Positions 10,387-21,410 of a stretch of DNA of 64,000 bases are shown here, in pieces. The position numbers and the translations under genes were made by a program. The first letter of the stretch is position 1, and the number at the start of each line of letters is the position of its first letter. Below the pieces are notes generated by a model. That model was not told where the DNA came from. It saw nothing but the letters and a program-made list of their open reading frames with translations, and did no database searches. This stretch comes from Armatimonadota bacterium (GTDB lineage: Bacteria; Sysuimicrobiota; Sysuimicrobiia; Sysuimicrobiales; Humicultoraceae). Location of the stretch: positions 4,352-68,351 of the forward strand of contig JBBIOM010000004.1 in NCBI GenBank assembly GCA_037443365.1, written 5' to 3'.

Positions 10387-12927
10387 ATGCGGGTGTACGA
10401 GCTGGCGAAGGAACTGGGGCTGAGCACCAAGGACCTGATGGACGTGCTCACGACGCTCAAGGTGTCGGTCAAGAGCCACAGCAGCAGTCTGAGCGTGGTG
10501 GCCGAACAGCGCGTCCGGGTGCACATCGCGGCCACACGCCCCTCCAAGGGAAAGAAGCGCGCGGCCGCCCCGGCCGCGCCTGCGCCCGCGCCTCCGACAC
10601 CGCCCGTGGTGCGGCCCGATACCAAGACCCCGACGGGCGAGCGGATTCTGGGGGTGCGGAAGATCACACTTCCCCCGCCTCCGCCTGCGGTGGAGCCGCT
10701 GCCAGCGCCCCAGGCGCCCGTGGTGCAGCAGCCTCAGGTCGCACCCGTTGCCGTGGTTCCACCCGCCGCAGCCGTGCCGGCCGCGGCCGCGCCTCCGCCG
10801 CCCACCACCGTCGTCGAGGCGCCCCCGGCGCAGCCAGTCCCTCCGCCGCCCACCACCGTCGTCGAGGCGCCCGCTGCGCAGCCAGCCCCGCCGACCCCCA
10901 AAGAGATCCGCATCGAGCCGGTTCGGCCGCCCAGGCGCGAGGTCGCGAAGGAGGCCCTCCGCGAGCCCGAGGGCCGCGGTGTGGCTCCTCCCCCGGTGGT
11001 TCCGCTGCCGCCGCGCGCTCCTGAGGCCGGCGAGCGCCGCCGACCACCTGCAGGCCCTGGCAGGCCGCCCGGCAGGCCCACGATCCAGCCGCGCCGACCT
11101 GTGTACCGCCTGCCCCGCAGCAGGCGGCGGGCACGCCCGCGTCCTGTCGAGACCCCCGTGGTGGAGGCCGTCCTCCCGGTGGCCGCACAGGTCGAGCTGG
11201 CCGGGCCGATCAGCGTGGGCGAGCTGGCGTCGCGCCTGAACGTGGCCGCGGGCGAGATAGTGCGGCGCCTGCTCGACCAGGGTGTGCTGGCCGGGATCAA
11301 CCAGCAGATTCCGTCCGAGGTCGCCGTCCGGATCGCCGAGTCGTTCGGAACAGTCGTGGCGCGCCCGCGTCCAACCCCCGCGGGAGAGCAGGCGGCCCGA
11401 AGGATCACGCGGATGATCGTGGCCGCCGGTGAAGGCGCGGCTCCCAGACCCCCGGTCGTCACGGTCATGGGGCACGTTGACCATGGGAAGACGACCCTCC
11501 TGGACGTCATACGCCAGACGCGCGTCGCCGATTCGGAGTTCGGAGGGATCACGCAACACATAGGGGCATCCGTAGCGCGATCGGGTGACCGGGAGATCGT
11601 GTTCATAGACACCCCGGGACACGCCGCGTTCACGGAGCTGCGCGCTCGCGGCGCGCAGGTGACCGACATTGCGGTGCTGGTGGTGGCGGCCGATGACGGC
11701 GTCATGCCCCAGACCATCGAGGCCATCAACCACGCGCGGGCTGCGGGCGTGCCCATCGTCGTGGCCATCAACAAGACAGACCTGCCGCAGGCCAATCCCG
11801 AGCGCGTCATGCAGGGGCTGGCCGAGCAGGGGCTCGTGCCCGAGGAGTGGGGCGGCGACACGATCATGGTGCCGGTGTCCGCCCGGCAGAAGACCGGATT
11901 GGACCAGCTGCTCGAGATGATACTGCTCGTGGCTGACATGCAGGACCTGCGCGCCGACGTGGACCGCTCGGCGCGCGGGACGATCATCGAGTCCCGGCTG
12001 GACAAGGGGCGGGGGCCCGTGGCCACGGTTCTGATCCAGGAGGGACGCCTCCGAACAGGGGACTCCATCGTTGCTGGCGAGACCTACGGCCGCGTGCGCG
12101 CCATGCTGGATGCACGAGGTCAGCGGGCTGACCAGGCGACTCCTTCCACGCCGGTTGAGGTCTTGGGGCTGATGGAGGTCCCGGCGGCGGGCGACCTCCT
12201 GGAGGCGGTGCGCGACGAGCGCGCGGCGCGGGCGGCCGCGGAGGAGCGTCGCGAGCGTCGGCGAGCGTCCGAGATGGCCGCGGCGCCCGCCGCGGCGGCC
12301 ACCGGGATGGGAGAGGAATCAAAGGACCTGCGCGTCATCATCAAGGGCGATGCGCATGGTTCGGTCGAAGCGCTGCAGGCTGCCATTCCCAGGCTGTCGG
12401 GGCCCGAGGTGAAGGTGTCCGTGTTGCACGCGGCCGTCGGCAACGTCACCGAGTCGGACATCATGCTGGCCGCGGCCAGCCGAGCCGTCGTGGTGGGCTT
12501 CAACGTGAGGCCCGAAGCCCAGGTGCGGCGGATGGCCGAGGAAGAGCGCGTGGACCTGCGGGTGTACCGCGTCATCTACGAGGCCCTCGACGATCTGGCA
12601 GCGGTGCAGAAGGGCCTGCTTGCGCCCAAGATCCAGGAGGTTGTCCTGGGGCAGGCCGAGGTGAGACGGGTGTTCGCCATCTCCCGCCTGGGCGTCGTGG
12701 CCGGGTCGTATGTGACCGGAGGTCAGATCGTGCGCGGCGCGAAGGCCCGCGTCGTGCGTGACGGCGTTGTCGTGTACGACGGCAGGGTAGCCTCGCTGCG
12801 CCGGTTCAAGGAGGATGTCCGCGAGGTGACCGACGGGTTCGAGTGCGGCATCGGCCTGGAGCGGTTCAACGACGTGAAGGAAGGCGATCTGGTCGAGGCC
12901 TACGAGTTGCAGGAGGTATCGGCTTAG
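10387..12927 (+). CDS. infB: translation initiation factor IF-2
   Basis: [19 protein letters not shown]-terminus after AGGAGG, a Pro/Ala-rich linker, and the G domain [12 protein letters not shown] / DTPGH / NKTD. Confidence 0.95.
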   Translation: MRVYELAKELGLSTKDLMDVLTTLKVSVKSHSSSLSVVAEQRVRVHIAATRPSKGKKRAAAPAAPAPAPPTPPVVRPDTKTPTGERILGVRKITLPPPPPAVEPLPAPQAPVVQQPQVAPVAVVPPAAAVPAAAAPPPPTTVVEAPPAQPVPPPPTTVVEAPAAQPAPPTPKEIRIEPVRPPRREVAKEALREPEGRGVAPPPVVPLPPRAPEAGERRRPPAGPGRPPGRPTIQPRRPVYRLPRSRRRARPRPVETPVVEAVLPVAAQVELAGPISVGELASRLNVAAGEIVRRLLDQGVLAGINQQIPSEVAVRIAESFGTVVARPRPTPAGEQAARRITRMIVAAGEGAAPRPPVVTVMGHVDHGKTTLLDVIRQTRVADSEFGGITQHIGASVARSGDREIVFIDTPGHAAFTELRARGAQVTDIAVLVVAADDGVMPQTIEAINHARAAGVPIVVAINKTDLPQANPERVMQGLAEQGLVPEEWGGDTIMVPVSARQKTGLDQLLEMILLVADMQDLRADVDRSARGTIIESRLDKGRGPVATVLIQEGRLRTGDSIVAGETYGRVRAMLDARGQRADQATPSTPVEVLGLMEVPAAGDLLEAVRDERAARAAAEERRERRRASEMAAAPAAAATGMGEESKDLRVIIKGDAHGSVEALQAAIPRLSGPEVKVSVLHAAVGNVTESDIMLAAASRAVVVGFNVRPEAQVRRMAEEERVDLRVYRVIYEALDDLAAVQKGLLAPKIQEVVLGQAEVRRVFAISRLGVVAGSYVTGGQIVRGAKARVVRDGVVVYDGRVASLRRFKEDVREVTDGFECGIGLERFNDVKEGDLVEAYELQEVSA
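10792..10887. repeat. 2 x 48-bp tandem repeat inside the infB linker
   Basis: Units 10792-10839 and 10840-10887 match at 45 of 48 positions by my hand alignment. They encode [16 protein letters not shown] / [16 protein letters not shown]. Confidence 0.8.
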
Positions 12928-12971
12928 GGCAGGACGGCGCAGGCCTGGGGGACGGGCAGATCATCGTCGGC

Positions 12972-13241
12972 GTGCTAAGCGTGGAGCTGAGCCTGCCGGG
13001 CGCGCGGGGTCTGAAGGACAAGCGCCGCCTGGTCAAGGGGCTGATCGAGAGGACCCAGAGCCGGTTCCGGGTCTGCGCCGCCGAGGTGGACCACCAGGAG
13101 AGCTGGCGGCGTGCGACCGTCGCCTTTGCCTGTATCTCCACTTCCACGCGTCACGCGCACGCGGTCCTGGCCGGGATCTCTGACTTCGTCGAGCGCCAGG
13201 CGGATCTGGTCGTGGTGGGTCTAGAGGTCGAAATCCGTTGA
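12972..13241 (+). CDS. DUF503 (YlxP-like) protein
   Basis: VLSVELSLPGARGLKDKRRLVKGLIE matches the family N-terminus, and it lies between infB and rbfA. The start is uncertain. GTG 12972 is listed. Homology seems to start 4 codons earlier at ATC 12960, which has GGGGGA 7 nt upstream. The track start 12843 overlaps infB. Confidence 0.7.
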   Translation: MLSVELSLPGARGLKDKRRLVKGLIERTQSRFRVCAAEVDHQESWRRATVAFACISTSTRHAHAVLAGISDFVERQADLVVVGLEVEIR

Positions 13242-13639
13242 TGGAGCAGGCGACAATGGCTGGCACAAGAGCCCGGCGCCTGGCCGAGGTCATTAGGGCC
13301 GAGGCCAGCGAGATCATCCGCCAGGACCTGCGGGATCCCCGCATCGGGTTCACCTCCGTAACCGATGTCGAGGTGAGCGGAGACCTCCGTCACGTCAAGA
13401 TCTTCGTGAGCGTGTTGGGCGATCAGGACGCGAAGCAGAAGACCATGGAAGGGTTGGACAGGGCGACCGGGCGCATTCGCACCGCGCTGGGGGCCCGGCT
13501 GGCCATGAGGTTCGTGCCGGAGATCCACTTCCGTCTCGATGAATCCATCGAGCGGGGGGCCCGCGTGGCGTCCCTGCTTCGCGAGGTCGAATCGGAGGGA
13601 ACGCGTGGACCCTCGGGAGACGATAGCCCGGGCGCTTAG
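13241..13639 (+). CDS. rbfA: ribosome-binding factor A
   Basis: RARRLAEVIRAEASEIIRQDLRDPRIGFTSVTDVEVSGDLRHVKIFVSV. Confidence 0.9.
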   Translation: MEQATMAGTRARRLAEVIRAEASEIIRQDLRDPRIGFTSVTDVEVSGDLRHVKIFVSVLGDQDAKQKTMEGLDRATGRIRTALGARLAMRFVPEIHFRLDESIERGARVASLLREVESEGTRGPSGDDSPGA

Positions 13640-14582
13640 TTCCGCCGGCCGCGCGCTGATCGTCTGCCACCCTGACCCGGACGGCGACTGCCTGGGGGCG
13701 GCCCTTGCGCTCCACGCCGCCCTGGAGCAGATCGGGGTGGAAGCGACGGTCGCCTGCGAGGACGGCGTGCCCGGCTCGCTGGCGTTCCTGCCGGGTGCCG
13801 GACGGGTGGTCCGCGCGGTCCCTGCTGACGTTCCGATTCCCGTCGCGGCGGCGCTGGAGTGCGATACACCCGAGCGGGCCGGCTCGCTGGCAGCCGCCCT
13901 GAGGCGCGCCAGGACGCTCATCGCGATCGACCATCACGGCGAGCGTCCCATCGGTGCCCATCTGGCATACTGGGATCCCGCGGCCGCCGCGGTCGGCGAG
14001 ATGGTCATGGATCTGATAACCGAGCTTGGGGTGACGATTGATCGGCCGATGGCCGCGTGCCTGCTCGCTGCCATTGTGACCGACACGGGCGTCTTCAGGT
14101 ACGCCAACACGACGCCGCGCACCCTCCGGATTGCCGCAGAACTGATCGAGCGCGGCGCCAGCCTGAGCGAGATCGTGCGCGCAGCCTACGAGGAGCAACC
14201 CGCCCCCACGGTGCGCTTGCTCGGGCACGCGCTGGCTGCCAGCCGGCTGCACGAGGACGGGGCGGTGGCGATGACCACGGTGACGCCGGCGATGCTGGCG
14301 GCCGCCGGCGCCGGAGCGGATGACATCGAGGGCATCGCCGAGGCGCTTCGCACGATATCCGGGGTGCGCTTGGCCGTGATGGTGCACGACCGCGGGGACT
14401 CGGTCCGGGTCTCGATCCGGGCGAGAGACGGGGTGCGCGCCGATCGGATGGCCCGGGAGCTGGGGGGTGGCGGACACCCTGGCGCCGCAGGGGCCCAGAT
14501 GGGAAGCGGGCTCGATGAGGCGATGCCGCGCGTCCTTCGGGCCGCCTCGCGCGCGGTCCGTTCGGCAGGCCATGGCGCGTAA
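13605..14582 (+). CDS. nrnA: DHH/DHHA1 phosphoesterase (NrnA-like oligoribonuclease / pAp phosphatase)
   Basis: HPDPDGDCLG, AIDHH and GGGGHPGAAG motifs. GTG 13605 follows GGAGGGA. Confidence 0.75.
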   Translation: MDPRETIARALSSAGRALIVCHPDPDGDCLGAALALHAALEQIGVEATVACEDGVPGSLAFLPGAGRVVRAVPADVPIPVAAALECDTPERAGSLAAALRRARTLIAIDHHGERPIGAHLAYWDPAAAAVGEMVMDLITELGVTIDRPMAACLLAAIVTDTGVFRYANTTPRTLRIAAELIERGASLSEIVRAAYEEQPAPTVRLLGHALAASRLHEDGAVAMTTVTPAMLAAAGAGADDIEGIAEALRTISGVRLAVMVHDRGDSVRVSIRARDGVRADRMARELGGGGHPGAAGAQMGSGLDEAMPRVLRAASRAVRSAGHGA

Positions 14583-15510
14583 CCCCCAAGCGAGGGATCC
14601 GGGACACCTCTCGGGGGTGCTCAACATCCTCAAGCCGCCCGGGATGACCTCGCACGACGTGGTTGACGTGCTGAGGCGGCTGCTCGGGGTACGCAGGGTC
14701 GGACATACCGGGACGCTCGATCCCGGCGCCTCCGGCGTGCTCGTTCTGTGCGTGGGCCGGGCCACACGCATCGCCGAGTTCCTCGCGGATCAGAGCAAGG
14801 GGTATCGCGCCGAGTTCACGTTCGGGCTCGAGACATCATCCGGGGATGCCTACGGCGAGCCGCTGCAGGAGCGTGACGCCTCGGGCCTGGGTGCCGGAGC
14901 GCTGGAGTCCGCGCTGGCGACGTTCCAGGGTGCGATCCAGCAGGTCCCGCCCATGGTCTCGGCGGTACGCAGGTCCGGGCGCAGGCTCTACGAGCACGCC
15001 AGGCGCGGGGAAGTCGTTGACGTCGCCGCGCGCCAGGTCACTATCTTCGAGTGCCGGTTGATCGAGTTCGTTCCGGGCCCGCGCGCCACCGCCATGGTGC
15101 AAGTTGAGTGCTCCAAGGGCACCTACATCCGCGCGCTGGCCTGTGATCTTGGCAGGCGGCTGGGCGTGGGCGGGCACGCCTCCTTCGTCCTGCGCACGAG
15201 GGTCGGACGCTTCTCCCTCGACTCGAGTCTCACCCTGGAGGAGCTGTCCGCGGCCGAGGATCCCGGCGGGCTTCTCATTCCGCCGGATGAAGCGCTGGAC
15301 CACCTGCCCGCCGTGGACCTTGCGCCTCACCAGCGTCGGCAGGTCCTGGATGGTGTGGCGATCCCGCTCTTCCAGATCCCGGGATGGGCCCGGCTGAACG
15401 CGGATGCGCCGGTGCGCCTTCGCGACGAACGAGGCCTGGTGGCCTTGGGGCGCGTGGAGGCCGGACGCCTCATGCCGTTCCGCGTGCTCCGGGGACCAGG
15501 CGCCGGATGA
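14572..15510 (+). CDS. truB: tRNA pseudouridine(55) synthase TruB
   Basis: GVLNILKPPGMTSHDVV and GHTGTLDPGASGVLVL. Confidence 0.9.
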   Translation: MARNPQARDPGHLSGVLNILKPPGMTSHDVVDVLRRLLGVRRVGHTGTLDPGASGVLVLCVGRATRIAEFLADQSKGYRAEFTFGLETSSGDAYGEPLQERDASGLGAGALESALATFQGAIQQVPPMVSAVRRSGRRLYEHARRGEVVDVAARQVTIFECRLIEFVPGPRATAMVQVECSKGTYIRALACDLGRRLGVGGHASFVLRTRVGRFSLDSSLTLEELSAAEDPGGLLIPPDEALDHLPAVDLAPHQRRQVLDGVAIPLFQIPGWARLNADAPVRLRDERGLVALGRVEAGRLMPFRVLRGPGAG

Positions 15511-16451
15511 ACGTCATCTGGGGGTTTGACCGTCTACCCGCAGAACCTGCGCCGGCGGCGGTGGCCCTGGGAACGTTTGACGGGCTGCACCTGGGACACC
15601 GGGCCGTCATCGCGGCGCTCCTGTCGGTTGCCGCGCGCGAAGGCCTTCAAGCGGTGGCCATCACATTCGACCCGCACCCGCTGACCGTGGTCGCGCCGCC
15701 GGGTGAGCCCTTCCTCCTCACCACGATGGAAGAGCGGACCGACCTCTTCGCCCAAGCCGGAGTGGACGCCCTGCTCATCGTGCGGTTCGATGCCGGGCTC
15801 CGCGACGTTCACGGCGCCAAGTGGTTGGAGATGCTGACCGAGCGACTCCGGGCGCGTCACATGGTGGCGTCCTCGAGTCATGCCTTCGGACACCGCCGCG
15901 AGGGAGACGCCACGATGCTGCGGGATTGGGCGCTCACCCGGGGGATCGGTGTGACCGTTGTGCCTCCCGTGAGCAACGGGGGCGCGATGATAAGCAGCAG
16001 CGCGATACGCGAACGCCTGCGGGCCGGTGACGTCCAGACCGCGGCCGCGTGGCTGGGACGCTGGTACTCGATTCGAGGAATCGTGACGCCCGGTGACGGT
16101 CGCGGCCGTGTCCTGGGCGTGCCCACGGCCAACCTGCGGGTCTCCCCTCAGAAGGTGGTGCCCGGCCCTGGAGTATACGCTGCCTATGCCAGCGTGGGGG
16201 GCCGGACTCACATGGCCGCGGTCAACGTAGGCGTCCGGCCCACGTTCGGCACCGGGGGCCCCGGGGTGGAAGCGCACATGCTGGACGTCGACCTCGACCT
16301 CTACGCGCAAACGGTCGAGGTGGCGTTTGTCTCGAGGCTCAGGGACGAGCACCGCTTCTCGGACACCGAGGCGCTCAAGGCCCAGATGGCGGCGGACATC
16401 GTCGCCGTGAGGGACCTCCTGGGGCTCCGAGGGCGCTGGGGCCAGGCGTGA
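15507..16451 (+). CDS. ribF: bifunctional riboflavin kinase / FMN adenylyltransferase
   Basis: [15 protein letters not shown]-terminal domain and a C-terminal kinase domain ([18 protein letters not shown]). ATGA overlap with truB. Confidence 0.9.
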   Translation: MNVIWGFDRLPAEPAPAAVALGTFDGLHLGHRAVIAALLSVAAREGLQAVAITFDPHPLTVVAPPGEPFLLTTMEERTDLFAQAGVDALLIVRFDAGLRDVHGAKWLEMLTERLRARHMVASSSHAFGHRREGDATMLRDWALTRGIGVTVVPPVSNGGAMISSSAIRERLRAGDVQTAAAWLGRWYSIRGIVTPGDGRGRVLGVPTANLRVSPQKVVPGPGVYAAYASVGGRTHMAAVNVGVRPTFGTGGPGVEAHMLDVDLDLYAQTVEVAFVSRLRDEHRFSDTEALKAQMAADIVAVRDLLGLRGRWGQA

Positions 16452-16456
16452 TCGTG

Positions 16457-16486
16457 TTTACGCCTGCTGGCAGTCTGTGCTACGAT
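16457..16486 (+). promoter_or_regulatory. candidate sigma-70-type promoter for rpsO
   Basis: TTTACG (16457-16462), an 18-nt spacer ending in TGc, then TACGAT (16481-16486). It lies about 100 nt upstream of the rpsO ATG. Confidence 0.35.
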
Positions 16487-16587
16487 ATGCCAGACCCCGG
16501 CGGGGAGCAGCGTTGCTCCGACGTCCTCCCGGCCGCGGGTGTCATTCATTTCCGGTTCCCGATCGGTCGGGACTGAGGAGAGCAGAG

Positions 16588-16854
16588 ATGCTTAGGCGTG
16601 AAGTCAAGCAGGGTATCCTCGGGAAGTACAGGCGCCATACAGGGGACACAGGATCACCCGAGGTGCAGATCGCGCTGCTCACGGAACGGATCAACCACCT
16701 CGCCGAACACCTCAAGAATCATGCCAAGGACTTCCACTCGCGGCGGGGCCTGCTGAAGCTCGTGGGGCAGCGCCGGCGCCTGCTTGCGTATCTCGAGAGA
16801 ACGGACATCGCGGCGTACCGACGGTTGGTGGAGTCACTGGACCTGCGGCGCTGA
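16588..16854 (+). CDS. rpsO: 30S ribosomal protein S15
   Basis: [51 protein letters not shown]. Confidence 0.95.
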   Translation: MLRREVKQGILGKYRRHTGDTGSPEVQIALLTERINHLAEHLKNHAKDFHSRRGLLKLVGQRRRLLAYLERTDIAAYRRLVESLDLRR

Positions 16855-16927
16855 CCAGGGCGACCACACGCGCACTGGGCCCGGCACGTTGCTACCCTAG
16901 TCCCTATGGGAAGGACGGGATCCATTC

Positions 16928-19180
16928 ATGAACCTCGCAGCATTGGTCCGCCGCGCTGAGGTGGAGGCAGGCCCCACCCGGATGGTGTTTGAGACCGGCC
17001 TGCTGGCGAAGCAGGCGTCCGGGGCGGTCACGGTAACGTGCGGCGAGACCGTAGTGCTCGTGACGGCGACGATGTCGGACACCGTGCGGGAGGGGATTGA
17101 CTTCTTCCCGCTGACCTGCGATTTCGAGGAACGGATGTACGCCGCCGGGAAGATCCCCGGCGGCTTCTTCAAGCGGGAGGGACGCCCCGGCGAAAGGGCC
17201 ATCCTGACCTCCCGGCTCATCGACCGGCCGATCCGGCCCCTGTTTCCTAAGGGGTTCCGCAACGACGTCCAGATCATCGCCACGGTCCTTTCCACGGATC
17301 AAGAGAGCGATCCCGGCATCGCCGCGGTGAACGGCGCCTCGGCCGCGCTCATGCTGTCGGGCATCCCGTTCGCCGGACCCATCGGCGCGGTCAGAATGGG
17401 ATTGATTGACGGCAATCTCGTCGTAAACCCGACTCTTCGGCAGGTGGAGGAACAGAGCAGCCTCGACCTGGTCGTGGCCGGCACCGACGAGGCCATCATC
17501 ATGGTCGAGGCGGGAGCCAACGAGGTTCTCGAATCCCAGATAGTCGAGGCGATGTCACGGGCGCACGCTGAGATCCGCCGCATCGTGGCCGCGCAGCGCG
17601 ATCTTGCGGCGAAGGCCGCGAGGCCGGCCCGCGTCCCGTCGCTTGTGAGGTACGACCCGGAAGTCGAAGCCGCCGTGCGCACCGCCGCCCTGCCCCTTGT
17701 GCGCGAGGCACTGGCCAGCCCGGAGAAGCTGGCGCGCGAGGATGCCCTGCGCGCGGTGGAGGAGGAGGTGGCCGCCAGGATCACCCAGCAGTTCCCGGCC
17801 GCCTCCGGGCAGATCGGCGAGATGATCACCGCGGTTGCGAAGGAAGAGGTCAGGCGGAGAGTCCTCGAGGACGGCGTGCGGCCGGACGGACGCGGACCGC
17901 GCGAGATACGCCCGCTGGCATGCGTCGTAGGCCTGCTGCCGCGCGCTCACGGGTCGGGGCTGTTCCAACGAGGACAGACTCAGGTCCTCGCGATAGCCAC
18001 GCTCGGAACGGGTGACGACAGGCAGCGCCTCGATGACATAGGCGTGCGCGAGGAGAAGCGGTACATGCACCACTACTCGTTCCCGCCGTTCTCCGTCGGC
18101 GAGGCCCGTCCCCTGCGCGGCCCGGGGAGGCGCGAGATCGGACACGGCGCCCTGGCGGAACGCGCGGTGGAACGCATGATCCCCGGCGAGGAGCAGTTCC
18201 CCTACGTCATCCGAGTAGTGAGCGAGGTTCTTGAGTCGAATGGGAGCACGTCCATGGCGGCTGCGTGCGCCTCCACCCTGGCGCTGATGGACGCGGGTGT
18301 TCCCATCCGCGCCGCGGTGGGAGGGATCGCAATGGGGCTGGTCTCCGGCGCAGATGGCAGGCACGCCGTCCTGACCGACATCCAGGGCATTGAGGACGCC
18401 ATGGGCGACATGGACTTCAAGGTGGCCGGGACGCGCGAAGGCGTGACCGCCCTCCAGATGGACATCAAGACATCGGGCATCCCGCTGGAGGTGTTCGCCG
18501 AGGCGCTGGAGCAGGCCCGGGAGGCCCGGCTGGTGGTGCTGCAGGCGATGTCCGATGCCCTGCCCGCGCCCCGCACCGCGCTGTCGGCCCACGCCCCGCG
18601 CATCCTGACGCTGCAGATCAACCCGGATAAGATCCGCGAGATCATAGGCCCCGGCGGCAAGGTGATCAACAAGATCACCGCCGACACCGGCACCAAGATA
18701 GACATCGAGCAGGACGGGCGCGTGATGGTGGCCTCGGTGGACGAGGAAGCCGCGCGGCGCGCCGTCGCCATGATCGAGGCCATCGTGCGCGAGGTGCAGG
18801 TGGGGGAGACCTACCAGGGACGTGTTACAAGGCTGATGAACTTCGGCGCATTCGTGGAGATCCTGCCCGGCAAGGAAGGCCTGGTGCACATCTCCGAGCT
18901 CGCGTACACGCGTGTCAACAAGGTCGAAGACGTGGTCAAGGTGGGCGATGAGCTTCGCGTGAAGGTCAAGGAGATTGACTCCCAGGGGCGCGTGAACCTC
19001 ACGCACCGCGGCACGCTCCCGCCGCCGGAAGGGTGGGAGGAAGAGGAGGGCGAGCCCCAACCGGTCGACGTCGAGCACAGGCCGCGGTTGCCGCGTGCGC
19101 GCCCGGGCGACTCCCGGGGCGGGCGCCCGCCGCGGCGGCGCGAGGGCGGAGGTAGGCCGCCCCGCAGGCCGCACGCGTAG
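16928..19180 (+). CDS. pnp: polyribonucleotide nucleotidyltransferase (PNPase)
   Basis: Two RNase PH domains, then KH ([10 protein letters not shown]) and S1 ([28 protein letters not shown]) domains, plus an Arg/Pro/Gly-rich C-terminal tail. Confidence 0.95.
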   Translation: MNLAALVRRAEVEAGPTRMVFETGLLAKQASGAVTVTCGETVVLVTATMSDTVREGIDFFPLTCDFEERMYAAGKIPGGFFKREGRPGERAILTSRLIDRPIRPLFPKGFRNDVQIIATVLSTDQESDPGIAAVNGASAALMLSGIPFAGPIGAVRMGLIDGNLVVNPTLRQVEEQSSLDLVVAGTDEAIIMVEAGANEVLESQIVEAMSRAHAEIRRIVAAQRDLAAKAARPARVPSLVRYDPEVEAAVRTAALPLVREALASPEKLAREDALRAVEEEVAARITQQFPAASGQIGEMITAVAKEEVRRRVLEDGVRPDGRGPREIRPLACVVGLLPRAHGSGLFQRGQTQVLAIATLGTGDDRQRLDDIGVREEKRYMHHYSFPPFSVGEARPLRGPGRREIGHGALAERAVERMIPGEEQFPYVIRVVSEVLESNGSTSMAAACASTLALMDAGVPIRAAVGGIAMGLVSGADGRHAVLTDIQGIEDAMGDMDFKVAGTREGVTALQMDIKTSGIPLEVFAEALEQAREARLVVLQAMSDALPAPRTALSAHAPRILTLQINPDKIREIIGPGGKVINKITADTGTKIDIEQDGRVMVASVDEEAARRAVAMIEAIVREVQVGETYQGRVTRLMNFGAFVEILPGKEGLVHISELAYTRVNKVEDVVKVGDELRVKVKEIDSQGRVNLTHRGTLPPPEGWEEEEGEPQPVDVEHRPRLPRARPGDSRGGRPPRRREGGGRPPRRPHA

Positions 19181-19200
19181 TCACGGCACGGCCCCTCTCG

Positions 19201-20505
19201 ATGGAACCGACACGCAGATCGGTCCTGCCCAACGGCATCCGTGTGATCACGGAGACCATGCCGGGGGTCCGCACCGCCACGATCGGCCTGTGGGTGGGGG
19301 CCGGCTCGCGGTACGAGGCACGGGATGTCCACGGCGTTTCGCACTTCATCGAGCACCTGTTCTTCAAGGGGACGGTGAGCAGGACGGCCCTGGCAATTGC
19401 GCAGGCCGTGGACGCGCTGGGCGGGCAGATGAACGCCTTCACGGACAAGGAGCACACGTGCATCCATGTGAAGGTCCTGGCCGATCACCTCCCGCCGATG
19501 GTGGAGCTGATGGCCGACATGGTGCTCAACTCCGCCCTTGACCCCGCGGCGATCGAGCGTGAACGCCAGGTCATTACCGAAGAGATCAAAATGTACGAGG
19601 ACTCGCCCGACGCGATGGTTCAGGACCTCATCGCCCAGACGATCTGGGACGGGCATCCTCTGGGCCGGCCGGTCATCGGGACGCGCAAGACCGTCTCGCG
19701 ACTGGGGCGCCAGGACTTCATCGGCTACATCAAGGAGCGTTACCGGCCCGACAACACGCTCCTGGCCGCGGCCGGGGATGTCGAGCACGAGGCGATCGCC
19801 GACCTGGTGGCGCGGCATCTCGGCTCCTGGGACGGTCTCGCGATCCCGCAGGAGACCGTCACCCCCACGCCCAGGCCGGCCGTGGCCATCCGTTCGAAGG
19901 AAATCGAGCAAGTGCACATCTGCATGGCCACGCGCGGCTGTCGGGCGGCCGATGAGGACCGGTACGTGCTGGCCGTCCTCGACAACCTGCTCGGGGGAGG
20001 AATGAGCAGCCGTCTCTTTCAGGAGATCCGGGAGAAGCGCGGGTTGGCGTACAGCATCGCCTCGTATCCGGCCTCATACCGCGAGGGCGGGCTGTCGGTC
20101 ATATACGCGGCCACGAGCCCGCAGAACGGCCCCGAGGTAGTGCACCTGATCCTGGAGGAGGTCGCGAAGCTGTTCGGTGCCGTTGCCGAGGTGGAGCTGC
20201 ACCGCGCCAAGGAATCGCTCAAGGGCGGCATCATGCTGCCGCTTGAGAGCACCGGGAGCCGGATGAGCAAACTGGCGGGCTCGGAACTATATCACAGCCG
20301 GCAGATAGACCTCGACGAGATCCTGGGGCGCATTGATGCTGTGGACGCGGCAGCGGTGCGGCGGATGGCAGCCCAGATATTCACTCCCGACCAGATGGCC
20401 ATGGCCGCCATCGGGCCGTTTGGTGCGCACGGCACCCCCCGCGCGCCGCTTGAGCGCGCCTTCAGACGGTCGGTCGGCATCCTGGCCGGCCGACCCACCG
20501 TCTAG
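19201..20505 (+). CDS. M16-family (pitrilysin-like) zinc peptidase
   Basis: Inverted zinc motif [11 protein letters not shown], and its position after pnp as in Bacillus (ymxG/mlpA). Confidence 0.85.
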   Translation: MEPTRRSVLPNGIRVITETMPGVRTATIGLWVGAGSRYEARDVHGVSHFIEHLFFKGTVSRTALAIAQAVDALGGQMNAFTDKEHTCIHVKVLADHLPPMVELMADMVLNSALDPAAIERERQVITEEIKMYEDSPDAMVQDLIAQTIWDGHPLGRPVIGTRKTVSRLGRQDFIGYIKERYRPDNTLLAAAGDVEHEAIADLVARHLGSWDGLAIPQETVTPTPRPAVAIRSKEIEQVHICMATRGCRAADEDRYVLAVLDNLLGGGMSSRLFQEIREKRGLAYSIASYPASYREGGLSVIYAATSPQNGPEVVHLILEEVAKLFGAVAEVELHRAKESLKGGIMLPLESTGSRMSKLAGSELYHSRQIDLDEILGRIDAVDAAAVRRMAAQIFTPDQMAMAAIGPFGAHGTPRAPLERAFRRSVGILAGRPTV

Positions 20506-20584
20506 ACGCCCCGCCCGGACTCCCGGCGCGCTGCCCGAAGCCCGCCGGGGGGAGTACCGGCAACGGCGGCGAATCCCTCCTGGC

Positions 20585-21391
20585 ATGAACGCGATCCGAG
20601 TGGCCGTCAGTGGTGCCGCCGGGCGTATGGGCCGGACGGCCATCCGCGCCATCGCCCGCGAAGGCGACATGCAGATCGTCGCCGCGCTTGAACGCAGCGC
20701 ATCCGCCGGGCCTGACGCCGGCGAGCAGGCAGGCATCCGGCGACTGGGAGTGACCACGACCGACAGCATGGAGACCGTCATTGCCGCCTCGCCGGACGTC
20801 CTGGTGGAGTTCGCGCCGGGGCTGGTCGCCGCGGCGCACGCCCGCGCCGCGATCGAGGCCGGCATCCGGCCGGTCGTGGGCAGCACAGGGATACCGACGG
20901 GCGAGATCGAGGGCCTGGGCGAGATGGCTGCTCGGCGCGGCATCGGCGCCGTGGTGGCGCCCAACTTCGCCGTGGGCGCGGTGCTGATGATCGAGTTCGC
21001 CAGGATCGCCGCGCGCCACCTCCCACACGTGGAGGTAGTCGAACTGCACCACGACCGCAAGCGCGACGCGCCGTCGGGCACGGCGCAGAAGACCGCGCGC
21101 GTCATTGCGGCGGAGCGCGCCGCGCTTCCCGGCGATGCGCCCATCGACGAGGAGATGGTCGCGGGTGCGCGTGGCGGCGTCGTCGAGGGCATCCGCGTGC
21201 ACAGCGTGCGCCTGCCTGGCCTGGTGGCTCATCAGGAGGTCATCTTCGGCGGAACGGGCCAGGTGCTCACGATACGGCACGACTCGACGAGCGAGGAGTC
21301 GTTCATGCCGGGACTGCTGCTTGCGGTCCGGCGCGTGATGTCACTCGACCGCCTGGTCTACGGCCTGGAGCATCTGCTGGTGCTGGGCTAG
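20585..21391 (+). CDS. dapB: 4-hydroxy-tetrahydrodipicolinate reductase
   Basis: VAVSGAAGRMGR nucleotide-binding N-terminus and ELHHDRKRDAPSGTA. Confidence 0.85.
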   Translation: MNAIRVAVSGAAGRMGRTAIRAIAREGDMQIVAALERSASAGPDAGEQAGIRRLGVTTTDSMETVIAASPDVLVEFAPGLVAAAHARAAIEAGIRPVVGSTGIPTGEIEGLGEMAARRGIGAVVAPNFAVGAVLMIEFARIAARHLPHVEVVELHHDRKRDAPSGTAQKTARVIAAERAALPGDAPIDEEMVAGARGGVVEGIRVHSVRLPGLVAHQEVIFGGTGQVLTIRHDSTSEESFMPGLLLAVRRVMSLDRLVYGLEHLLVLG

Positions 21392-21410
21392 TCACCCTGG
21401 GGGGACGGTT

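Noticed and set aside
10093-11733. Very long alternate-frame and antisense ORFs in the track. Examples: 10093..11733(-), 10734..12068(-), 29767..31365(-), 44988..47513(-), 58025..59563(-), 24265..25596(+), 21704 upstream part, 1316..2029.
   Set aside because: They overlap strongly conserved genes (infB, ABC permeases, selB, mutS, ftsK) read in another frame, and their products are Arg/Pro/Gly/Ala-rich low-complexity strings. Stop codons are rare in every frame of such GC-rich DNA, so length alone means nothing here.
12960-12962. Possible non-canonical AUC initiation codon for the DUF503 gene.
   Set aside because: It rests only on my recollection of the family N-terminus and on Shine-Dalgarno spacing. 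The GTG four codons downstream is a conventional alternative, so this is noted only in the feature evidence.
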